A stretch of DNA of 60,940 nt from a bacterium (GTDB lineage: Bacteria; Patescibacteriota; 4484-211; GCA-002791395), in contig JALWZS010000023.1 of assembly GCA_027002475.1 (NCBI GenBank), forward strand, positions 1-60,940, written 5' to 3'. The position numbers were made by a program, and so were the translations under genes. Position 1 is the stretch's first letter, and the number at the start of each line of letters is the position of its first letter. Below, in pieces: positions 1-11,300 of this stretch. The notes beneath the pieces were generated by a model that ran no database searches, was not told where the DNA came from, and was given only the letters and a program-made list of their open reading frames with translations.

Positions 1-210
1 ACAGATAAGCGCTTAAACATCAAAGGATCTGTTGTAACCGGAATTAATCCCACTCAAGCATCGATAGACGGAGCGTCATATATCTCAAATCGAAGCATTT
101 CAAACAACTACGACTATCCAAGCGATTACTTCATATTTAACCCTAAGTTAATACTTAATGCACCTCGAATAATATCAAGCCCAATATATACATGGACAGA
201 AACTCGCTAA
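1..210 (+). CDS. 3' end of a gene that starts upstream of the window (last ~69 codons, hypothetical)
   Basis: Frame 1 is open from base 1 to TAA at 208-210 (...FIFNPKLILNAPRIISSPIYTWTETR*). No family recognised. Confidence 0.3.
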   Translation, partial: TDKRLNIKGSVVTGINPTQASIDGASYISNRSISNNYDYPSDYFIFNPKLILNAPRIISSPIYTWTETR

Positions 211-212
211 CT

Positions 213-632
213 ATGGCTAACAAGATTGAAGAAAAACAAACTGCAACAGTAAGTAAAAGCAGCTTCATTATGACAGCTGTAAGCGTTAGCTTTGTTGTCG
301 TATTCCTTGCCATAGGATACGTATACATAATCCAAAAGGCATGGCTCTCTTCGCCATCACCATACTCAAACGCAATCAACAAAAAGGGTAGTGATGTAGT
401 CGTGCAAGTACCATTTAATTACGAGGTAGCAAGGATTTCTGAAAGGCTTATTACTCTCCAAGGAGAACGCGGGTTGATGAGGCTAGCTAACGATCCAACT
501 AAGGTACAAGTATTTTTAGGGACACCAACGGATAGTAGTCCTACTAACCTCTCAGCCCTTAGGGAAGGTCAAAAGATTATGCTAAAAATGATACCTGGTC
601 AGTCTGCGTGGATTTATATAGTAGGTCAATAA
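213..632 (+). CDS. hypothetical membrane-anchored protein (one N-terminal TM helix)
   Basis: ORF 192..632. The ATG at 213 lies 2 nt after the upstream stop. It has a hydrophobic segment FIMTAVSVSFVVVFLAIGYVYII. No family recognised. Confidence 0.45.
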   Translation: MANKIEEKQTATVSKSSFIMTAVSVSFVVVFLAIGYVYIIQKAWLSSPSPYSNAINKKGSDVVVQVPFNYEVARISERLITLQGERGLMRLANDPTKVQVFLGTPTDSSPTNLSALREGQKIMLKMIPGQSAWIYIVGQ

Positions 633-654
633 GACCAAGACCTACGGTCTGCTC

Positions 655-1884
655 TTAATTCTTATCCAACGAGAGTAAGTATGTCATCAAAGATCCAACT
701 ATTGCAAATGTAAACACTACTCGCCAATCAGGAAGAACCCAAAGCAGTAATATAACTAAAGATAAAATTAAAACAATAGGCATATGAAGAGCCATCTCTC
801 TATAAACAAAATAATCAGCGCCACCCAACTTAACTCCCTTTTCATATGTCTGGGCAATATTAGGAATGTTATATAAAGCACTGTTAGTCTTATCTACAAC
901 ATCTAAGCCATAAACAAACATAGGGGTAGCTATAAACATCCTTGGGATATAAAGCAATGCATTGACTACAACACCAACTAAATGAACCTTTTTTACTCCC
1001 CTCTTGTCTATCAATCGACTAATTATAATTGCTGAAAGCATAGAAAATACGGTCGAAACAGAACTTAAGATTCCAATCTTTTCATAACTTTCTATGACAA
1101 CAAGTAAGATAATCGGCCAAAAAATGGTAAATATATTAGAATCCATTGCACTGCCGATATATGCTAGTGTTAGTTTTTTGAATTTAGGATTTAGTAGCAT
1201 GTTTTTATAAACACGTTTTGCACTATGCTTATGATGAGGCTTTTCGTTAATAAATATAAGAATGGGCAATATACTAATCAATAAAAGACCGATACTCAAC
1301 ATAAAAATCACACTAAAACCATAAACAGCGATAATGAACCCGCCGATCAAAGGTGCTATGATGCCAACGACTTTTGTTAGAATAATCCTAATTCCAACCT
1401 CCTTCCCAAAATGTCCATCACTTCCTCTTGCCTTTTGTTCAAAGAAGCTGTGGTACGGAATCCAATAAAAGGCAATTACAACTCCTTGTAGCACAGCAGC
1501 CAATAAAAGAAGTAATGGATAATTAGGGGCAAGGAGTAATGCAATAAACTGGAATATAAGCATAACGTTAGCAAAAGCCAGTGACCCTTTAAACTTTAAC
1601 CAATTAAACATCATTGGCAAAGCAAACGTTATCGTCATAGAAACTGTCAGCGAACGGACCATATAGTAAAGGACCACCCAAATAAGCCCATTTATAACTT
1701 TATCTGTATGGAAAATCACCAAACTAGACGCAATCTCATAAATATAGATCGGTAAAAAAATGCCAATTAGCGACTGAGCTAGTGAGCGAATCATATTTAG
1801 CATATAAAGAGCGGTTGCTTCGCTAACTTTTGCTCTTGGCACTAATAATTCATCAAATGTTTTTTGGGTACTATGATATGGCAT
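655..1884 (-). CDS. MFS-type transporter (about 12 TM helices)
   Basis: 409-aa ORF that is hydrophobic throughout, with two six-helix halves separated by a basic loop (NEKPHHKHSAKR). It is the last gene of the minus-strand operon headed by the giant gene. Confidence 0.7.
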   Translation of the reverse strand: MPYHSTQKTFDELLVPRAKVSEATALYMLNMIRSLAQSLIGIFLPIYIYEIASSLVIFHTDKVINGLIWVVLYYMVRSLTVSMTITFALPMMFNWLKFKGSLAFANVMLIFQFIALLLAPNYPLLLLLAAVLQGVVIAFYWIPYHSFFEQKARGSDGHFGKEVGIRIILTKVVGIIAPLIGGFIIAVYGFSVIFMLSIGLLLISILPILIFINEKPHHKHSAKRVYKNMLLNPKFKKLTLAYIGSAMDSNIFTIFWPIILLVVIESYEKIGILSSVSTVFSMLSAIIISRLIDKRGVKKVHLVGVVVNALLYIPRMFIATPMFVYGLDVVDKTNSALYNIPNIAQTYEKGVKLGGADYFVYREMALHMPIVLILSLVILLLWVLPDWRVVFTFAIVGSLMTYLLSLDKN

Positions 1885-1892
1885 CTTTAAGA

Positions 1893-2390
1893 TTATCTAC
1901 GAGTTCGCCCAGCAAGACCTATGCCTTTCCCAAATTTTTGCCGATGTTTCCCCCTTTTATAACCAAACCGCTGCGCTCTTTCTTCACGTCTTTTTTTGGC
2001 ACGGGCAAACATATTAGCACCACCAAACTCCGAGTGCTTGTCATCACGGGTTAGTCCTCCTCGCTCGTAATCGTCATCAGTATCGTGGATACCGCCATCG
2101 CGCCCTCCCAGTAATTCCTTACGCTCATCTGCCATAGTTCTTGTCTTTGCATTCGTCATCCATGGTGGAGCATTGCTTGCTTTCATTGGATCATCGTTAA
2201 ATCTAAGTGATTTGCGTTCTTTTTTGTTGCGCATCATGTACATGTTTGTCTCATCATGGCCTCGGTTACTTGCCAGAGAGTCATACGGCATCAAAGAGTC
2301 AGATGAACTAGATGTAGGTACAGATGACACTCGCCTACGTAAGATACTTCGTGATTTCTTTGCGGTACGCCTACTACTACTAATAAGCAT
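1893..2390 (-). CDS. hypothetical highly charged, Arg/Lys-rich, probably disordered protein (165 aa)
   Basis: Its ATG (2388-2390) follows the giant gene's stop codon with nothing between them (minus strand ...ATT AAT TAA T ATG...). There is no hydrophobic segment. It is coding only if the coupling is real. Confidence 0.45.
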   Translation of the reverse strand: MLISSSRRTAKKSRSILRRRVSSVPTSSSSDSLMPYDSLASNRGHDETNMYMMRNKKERKSLRFNDDPMKASNAPPWMTNAKTRTMADERKELLGGRDGGIHDTDDDYERGGLTRDDKHSEFGGANMFARAKKRREERAQRFGYKRGKHRQKFGKGIGLAGRTRR

Positions 2391-2391
2391 A

Positions 2392-5300
2392 TTAATTAAT
2401 AATAAACCAATCTATATTAAGTTTGCTATCCATAGGTTTTTCTATAGTTATTGTAAACGATTCCCCTATTTTGCGTGATGTAACAGCAGCAGCCACTGGA
2501 ATATTTGGAGTTAAGAATACCTTGCTCGTTCCAGTTATAGCAGAAGTACTAACCACAGCGGAGATCTCACCCGCAGCAATCGTTGCAGTTCCAACAGATT
2601 GGTCACTGGTTACAAACAAGCCTTTTGTTTCAACTTCACTTGCAACAACTTTGTCTGCCTTTACTTCTTTAGCACTAAGCACACCACCAACAAGCGTTAG
2701 GTCGCCGTCCTTGCTCATTACAATCTTTTGTCCTTGGAACGTTAAATCCCCTAAACTTCCAGTAATATCCCCTTCTACACTTAAGTCTCCTACAATCACT
2801 GTATCAGCTAACTTTGTAATACCGGTAGAGGTTAATGAATTAGAGATAGTTAAGCTTGCAACCTCTGAACTTAAGTTAATATCTCCATCTGCACTTCCCA
2901 TCACTACAGGGGGCTCATTACTTCTAACATCAGGTCCAACTATTTGGGCAATATAGTCACTTAACGATACACCTTCAATTAAAAGCGAATTCACTGACAA
3001 GTTATCTATCTGAGCTTCTCTTGCTTCTAGAGTATTCGCGATTATGTCTTCTGCTTTGAGTTCTAGATAAATCGCCTTTCCGGTTGAACGATCTACTAAT
3101 ACACCATCATCACTAACGGTAATTGTTGGGTCTTGCCATGAAAGATTTACAAACGCTAGGATCTTACCAACTACCACGTAACCATCTTGTGCGACTCCAG
3201 CTTTTTCAATCTCAGTTTTCACACTATCAGTAAACGAATTAACTGGCACTTTAAAGCACGGTCTGCTAGAGTTGTCTCCATCATCTTCTGGCCATACAAT
3301 CGCCTCCATATAGGCTACTGGGGTACATGAATCAAGGGTATAATCGTCGGTAGTTTCTAGTGCTTTAGCCACCGCATATCCAGGTTGAGTTGCTTTAATT
3401 GCTATACCTTTAATCATGCTTGTAGTTATGATGTCTCCTACCTTTATAGAGTCAGGGGTAACAATCACCTTAACTGGTACTCGACCATTAAGGGCTAATG
3501 GGAGTTGCCCATCAGATCCTCCTACTGACAGAACTTGAGCAGGATTAGTTGAGATTATTCCCAAAGCCCTACTTGAATATGGTTTATCACTTTTAACAAG
3601 CACATAGTCAGGTTTATCGTCCCAAGGCTTTGCCTCTCTAGCTTTAACTATGTCAACAACATCACCTGGTTCTAAAAATGTTCCTGGGAAGTTCTCTGCA
3701 ATGTCCACTCCATCGTTTACTGAATCTTGAGTGGTTGGAACAGCAGGTTGTACCTCAATTGAGTCTGCATTAGGTTTTAGCATTAGCTTTCTCCATGTGG
3801 TTTGTAATGGCAACCTTATTGGCTTACCTGTATTTGGACTAATTGGTGGGGTTACATCTGTTGGATCGACTTGCATAAAGTTTTGGATGTATTCAAGGAG
3901 TGATAGCCCTTTAGCTTGGGCTTGTTGTTTTAGCTCATTAATATTTGAAGCATCGATTAAGTCTATCTCTACATTCGCAGGTAACTCCTTACCTATGTAG
4001 TTAAAGAATGGATGTGGCATTCTCTTTGGATCGCCACCATTATTATCCCATGGAGGATCTTCAGCTTGGTACGAGGCTAGTATCTTGTTAGTATCCTTGT
4101 CTCTTAGGACATATATAAAGTGTGGCATTAAGTAACCATCTATAAAGTATGGTGGTGATGCTTGGATATAACGTTGTTGTAGATACGCAGTACAGGTATT
4201 AATGCTATCGATCACAGCGGTGGTAGCATATGTTGTACCTGTACCAACAGCGCCATTGTTAGCAGAGTATACAAGTTTCACCTGGGCTGATGTACAAGTA
4301 GCACTGACCTTAGACTGAGGGTAAAACCCATATTCCCCACCCGGGAGAGTTAACGCCGTGCCAACAATGTTGCTACTAACCTCCCCAATTGTGGTCTTTA
4401 GCTCGCCTTGCCCTATTGCACTGTTAGCAATATTTCCCTGCTCTAAACAGTCCGTACAACTAAAGTCAGTTGCTGTTACTGTACCGTTCACATCAAGAGC
4501 ACTAGATGGAGAAGTTGTACCGACTCCAATACTTCCATTATCTAGATACAGATAACTTGCGCCAGAATACCCTGCAATTTTCAGTGGGTTATTATTAGCT
4601 GAGTATATTTGTGTATAGCTCTCATCGCCAGCTGTACCATTACCAATATACCCAATCGTTAGATCGGACTCACCGTTGGTTTCGTCATTTGACATTGCAA
4701 TCCAACGGTAAGCTGTGCCAGCTGTGCTGCCGCGATCTTGGTTTAAGGTTATCGTCCCCAAATAGGCAGCAGTTGTAACATTACTAATATCCCCAACAAA
4801 TAATTCTTGACCATCACTAACATCTAAGAATATATCGTCACTTGTATCTATTACGATGTCCCCACTAGAGTTAGTTATTTCAGCGGTCCCGCCAAGCGTG
4901 AGTAAAGAAGTTGTCGTAGTAGTTCCAATACCCACATAACCCGTGCTTTTATCTATAAACAAGTCATCTGTATTAAATGCTAATCCTGACTCGTTGTAAG
5001 TTATTCCTCCTATTGAGCTCCCTGCTGGATTTTGGAATTGTGCTAAGTCCCCACTCGGTGCTGTTGCTGTAAATGTCCATGCATCTGCTAACGTGTGACC
5101 TGTTGTTGCACCAAACGTTATTGTTACTCCATGATTTAACGTCTGGGCACTCCCTGTTATTGCTACTCCTGTTGCGTCCCATGTAGTCCCACCGTCATCA
5201 CTCCACTTAAATGTATCTGGGGTACCTGTTGCATCTATCTCTACCTTGTAATTTAGAGTACTTGTACCTGTAAATGTTCCACCACTTGTCGCATCATTAA

Positions 5301-8300
5301 GTCCTGTACCGCTAAATGTTACACTTCCCACTGTTGAATACGGCTTTATTATCTGCCCTACTGTTGCTACTGCCCCCGTGTCAATTTCTAACTTGGCGCT
5401 CGGGGATGTAACTCCAATCCCTACATCACTACCAATAAAATAAAATGCATCGTTAGAATTAAACCCAAGCGTCCCAGTGTCTGAACCTGTTGACCTAAAC
5501 AGCAGTACCGGATCAACACTCTCATCGTAGCCAAAATAAAAACTACCAGTGGAAACGTCAATCCCAAACATAGAACTAGATGGTGTGGTGTCCCCCAGTG
5601 AAAAGTCCTCACTCAATGCCAAACCACCGTGTACCTTCTGGTCATAAGTAGTTACAGTTCCAAGATTCGCCCCGTAAATAATCACAGAATCCCCAACAGA
5701 TGTAGCCGTCGCATTGATCTTAGAAATCATTGGGGCGCTCGAGGTGTCAGCAAACGGACTCGTATCAACCGTACCGTTCGTATCTCCTGCTTGTGGACCG
5801 GAATCCCAGTCGGAGCTACTTTCCCCCCAGAAGTTATTTTCTGCTGTAATCGTACGGCTAGTTGTGTTATCTATTTTATACGAAGAAGTCCCATAGATTA
5901 TATTGTTCGTTATTGTCGGATTCAGGGTATCGTCTGTTGATGTGTCTTCTATGTAGATTCCAGTGGTTCCATTAATTATAGTATTATTTTGTATTGTTGG
6001 ACTTAGTACCTGAGTCCCATCGCTTCCATAAGGATCAAGCTTAAGGTGAATATTATTCCCGTTGTTATCTAGATAGTTATTTTCTATAGTAGGCTGCACG
6101 TTCGTATCAGAACCACTGCTATCAACAGAGCCTTGGGCAAATATATATATGCCCCCACTAGTATTATTCTCTATATAGTTTGAACGTAGTGTAGGGTTAG
6201 CTGTCGTGTGCCCTAGCCACCAAGACCAACTACCCAACCATATTCCATAGTCATTGTCATGGATCCAGTTCCCCTGGACTAACGCGCTATCGATGGCCGT
6301 ACCATCTCCAGTATGATCCCTTAGCTTAATACCGCTGTCCGTATTATTCTTAAATTCACTATTTTTAATAGTCGCACTAAAGGTAACTGTGCCAGCTGAT
6401 GGATAGTCAGGACGATTGTATGTTCGTATTCCAGAGTCGTTATATTCAAATAGAGAATTAGTTATCGTTGCTGACAATGTTCCAGATCCTTCGTTCTGTG
6501 TCCAGAAATATACTCCGTACGTTGCATAGTGAATTACGGAGTACTTAATAGAAGAGTTTGTGCTACTCAACCTAATAGTAATAGCCCCCCAGTCGTTAGC
6601 TGCCTTGGAACTCGCATTCGATGTGAAGTATATTGGATTAGATGACGTCCCTTCTGCGATTAATGTCCCCTGTACTATCAGTTCGCTTCTATCTGTCCAA
6701 GTGCCACCGGCTTGATCGTCACTTCCTGCATCAAATAAAACCGTCACACCTGGGTCAATTGTTAAAGTGACTCCACTAGCAACGGTCACGTCACCTGTTA
6801 TAAGGACGTTACTACTCCACGTTGTATCGCTTGAAATGGTGCCGCTTACAGTAGTTGAGTAGGATGCAGATTCTCCACTAGTACTTGGAACTGTAGCGTC
6901 TTCTAAGGTTATCGGACTAGTGTTACTTGTCCCATCATCTGTCGTAACAGTCACATTCCCGCTAGCCGTTCCAGATGGGACAGTAACTGAATACTTCTTA
7001 TTACTAAGTGCCAATGGTGTAGCAGTTTTACTATTTGGAAACGTAACGATAGCCTCGTTCCCTCCAACAGTCACATCTCCCATAACATGAAGCGGTACTG
7101 TAGGACTTGTTGTATTTATCCCTACTCTATCTGCTGAACCGTCAATAAAGAGAGTATTTCCATCATAGTTTATGTCATTGCTCCCCATAGTAACAGCCAA
7201 TGTAGTACCAGAGAAGCTATAGTTAACATCGTTATCAGTCCCGAAGTAAAGCGGCGAAGAGTCGCCTAAGTACAATCCCGCAATCTTATTCGAACCAGCT
7301 GAAGCTGAGTCGCCAAGAACCTCAGCACTCGTAGGATATAGGTATGTGCCTCCATCAGTCCAGGGTGACGAACCAGTACTTGACGCAGTTAGATCGTCCC
7401 AACTTGAACCGTTATAGAAGAAGAGATCAGTCCCATCCTGATATATATCACCAACAACAGGGCTAGTTGGGGTAGTTGTTGTATCTAATCTCATTGCACC
7501 TGCAACATGCAGTAAACGTGCTGGGCTCGTTGTCCCAAAGCCAACACCACCAGAGGTCGACAAATAAACCTGGTCAAATGTACTAGACCCATCAGCTTCC
7601 AGTACTATTGGCCGATACGCTCCAGTACCACCAGCATTCGATCTAACTACATACTTACTGTTTCTATCAGCAAACAACGAAAGCCCCTCGTAATTCGTTC
7701 CATCTGCCAGAATATCTGTACCGTAAATTGCGAGAGTCGCCATGTAGTTAATTCCACCTGATAGATACCCAGTCCCTTTACCAGATACTCGCAGCACCGA
7801 GTTGATATTTGCCTGGTCTGTTCGCTGGAAAGTTATATGTCCTCCCGCTGACGTCCATTGGTATTCTTGTCCAGTACTATTATCAACAAAGAGAAGGTCT
7901 GCATCACTTCCTGCCAAACTTAGTAGGGCGCTAGGGCTCGTTGTCCCTATTCCAACATTTCCATTCTCAAATATTGCTGCGTAGTTGTTATCTGCGCCAC
8001 TTGCGGTTGCATAAAGCCCAACATTAGTTAATGTGTTCGTACCTGCTGATTCTGTTGCTGTATTTGTGAAATATCCTGCATAGTTTGTGATATCCGAGCT
8101 TGTTGTATCGAATGTTGCTCCTGTTGTATTAGATGTTAATGCCTTTATTGCATCTGTTGTCACCCCTATATCGCTGTATAATACGTCTAATTTAGCATTC
8201 GGAGAAGTTGTACCAATACCTACATCCCCAGCAAAGTAGTTAAACGCATTTGTGTCTGCTTGGTATAGTCCGTAGTTATTTGTAATAGTCCCACTTCCCC

Positions 8301-11300
8301 CACTAGCTGCAAGATACAAAGTGTAAGCGTTGGTAGTAGTTGAAGAAGAACCTACATAGTTGTAGAAGTAGCCGGCATAGGTGTTATCAACTACACCAGT
8401 ACCACTGTTCATAACCCCACCAAACACGCTGGTAAGACTTCCGGTGTAATTGCTGGTGTTTGTGCTGCTAACAGACATTTCACCTCTTAAGGCGTAATAG
8501 CTCGCAGACGAGTCTGCTGAAGCGTCTGCGTTTATATAAGAGTGTACATTTTTTAGGATTCCAGATGTATCTGTGGGTGTATTAGTAACAAACAACTTAT
8601 CCCCATTACTTATACTACTACCGCCAATCACTACGCTATCGTCACTGCCATCTATATACAAGTAATAGTCATTCGTATTCGAGTTATATATTGCCAGATC
8701 TTGGTCAACTCCAGAGTTATAAACGTCGACAGTAGTGTTAGCATCAAGCGTCATCGCATCGGCTAGCTCTGTGAAATCAAGACAATCAGTACATGCTATA
8801 TCTGTTGCAGTAATTGTGCCATTGACATCAAGCGCAGTTGATGGAGAACTTGTCCCTATACCAACATCACCAGCAAAGTAGTTCGATGCACTTGTATCTG
8901 CTTGGTACAGTCCATAGTTGTTAGTGACAGAACCGCTACCAGTTATGGTTGGAGAGTCAATATAAACACCATAGGAATTAGTAACTGTTCCATTTTCAAC
9001 AACAACACCAAACTTACCGTTGTATGCATAATCCATTGTGCCCGAACCAAAATGCTGAACAACACCATACACACCTATGAAATCACCTGTAAAGTTCTGT
9101 GTGTTACCACTATATACAGCCGGTGATCCTTGCAGTCCATAGTAGTCCGCACTCGATGCGCCTGATGGATTAGCTTGAATATAGTTATACTGACCTCGGA
9201 AAAGACCTGAGGTTGAGGTGTTAAGTTTATTGAGATATAAAAGCGTATCTGTAGCTGTGGTGCTTGTTCCAATCGATACATGATTATATGCACCGCCTAT
9301 ATGTAACGCGGTTTCTGAAGCATCTGAGTTCTTAATTGTAAAGTCCCGATCTATTGATCCATCGTAAAGATCAATAGATGTATTAGCATCAAGCGTCATT
9401 GCATCCGCTAGTTCTGTAAAATCAAGACAATCAGTACACGCTATATCTGTTGCTGTAATAGTGCCATTGACATCAAGCACGCTTGAAGGTGACGTTGTGC
9501 CGATTCCAATATAACCCGTACTTTTATCTATAAACAAATGATCTGTATTAAATGCTAACCCTGATTCGTTGTAAGTTATTCCCCCTATTGAGCTTCCTGC
9601 TGGATTCTGGAATTGTGCTAAGTCCCCACTCGGTGCTGTTGCTGTAAATGTCCAAGCATCTGCTAATGTATGTCCTGTTGTCGCTCCAAATGTTATTGTC
9701 ACTCCGTGGTTTAAGGTTTGAGCGCTTCCTGTTATTGCTACTCCTGTTGCGTCCCATGTAGTCCCACCATCATCACTCCACTTAAACGTATCTGGGGTAC
9801 CTGTTCCATCTATCTCTACCTTGTAATTTAGAGTGCTTGTACCTGTAAATGTTCCACCACTTGTTGCGTCATCTAATCCAGTACCACTAAAGGTTACACT
9901 TCCTACTGTTGAGTACGGCTTTATTATCTGCCCTATTGTTGCTACTGCTCCTGTGTCTATCTCTAATCTAGCGCTCGGGGATGTGGCTCCAATTCCTACA
10001 TTACCACCATCAAGAATCGTAAACACCTCAGATGAACCGTCAAATACATTCAATATGTCTCCAGTACCACTTTGACCAAATCTAAAAGCAGTTGAGCCTG
10101 AATTGCCATCAAAAGCAACCTCCCCAGCGTCAACATACAGTCCCCCAGGACCGACATTAATACCGTTTCTTACATAGAGATTGTTTCCAACATCAATATT
10201 TTCAGTGGCAGTTATATCATTTGTTTGGACATTACCCGCATATAAGGACGGTGTCTCTATCCCGTTTATATCTATAATCTGAAGACCAGAGGTGTAATCG
10301 GCAACATAAGCATATTTGCCGGATACATAAACACCATATGCCCATCCAGAGGTATCATAAGCACCTATAAGGCTAGGACTACTTGGATCAGATAGGTCTA
10401 TTACCTGAAGGCCATAACTATGATCAGCAACATAGGCATGTTTGCCGGAAACATAGACCCCATATGCATATCCAGGGGTATCATAAGTCCCAGTAAGGCT
10501 AGGGCTTGATGGATCTGATATATCTATAATCTGAAGACCTGAAGTGTTATCAGCGACATATGCATATTTTCCAGATACATATACACTTTCTGCATATCCA
10601 GAGGTATCATAGGTACCAGTTAGGCTAGGACTAGAAGGATCTGATATATCTATTATCTTAAGACCAGGACTACCATCAGCGACGTAGGCATATTTCCCAG
10701 ATACATATACACTACGTGCATATCCAGAAGTATCATACGTTCCTGTTAGACTGGGACTAGATGGGTCAGATATATCTATAACCTGAAGACCAGAATATCT
10801 ATCAGCGATATAGGCATATTTCCCTGAAATATATACAGCTAGTGCAGTCCCAGAGGTGTCGTACGTACCTGTGAGGGTAGGACTAGATGGGTCAGATATA
10901 TCTATAACCTGAAGACCTGAAGTCGCGTCAGCAACATAGGCATAGCTCCCTGAGACATATATTCCAAACGCTTGTCCAGAGGTATCATAAGTACCAGTAA
11001 GACTGGGGCTACTAGGGTCGGATATATCTATAATCTGAAGACCTCCTGAAGTCTCGTCAGCAACATAGGCATATTTACCGGAAACATATACTCCGTATGC
11101 AGCCCCAGAGGTATCATAAGAACCTTCAAGGGTTGGGTTTCCTGAAGCGTAATGATATAGATTGCCTCCAGCTAGGGTTAGTTTTTCGCTAGGGGCAGTA
11201 TCACCAATTCCGACACTGCCGGTGCTTTGATCGATATATAGTTGGCTCGTATTAAAAGAAACATCTCCGGTAGATGTGAAGTTGGTAGATGCACCGTCTA

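Noticed and set aside
2423-10075. Short ORFs inside the giant genes: 2423..2956, 3731..4000, 4358..4555, 4973..5182, 5421..5612, 5629..5940, 7802..7984, 8902..9126, 9075..9293, 9548..9757 and 9833..10075. The same applies to those inside 22819..29070.
   Set aside because: Each is fully contained in a far longer, domain-rich ORF. None has an independent signal. Two of them are identical only because of the intragenic duplication.
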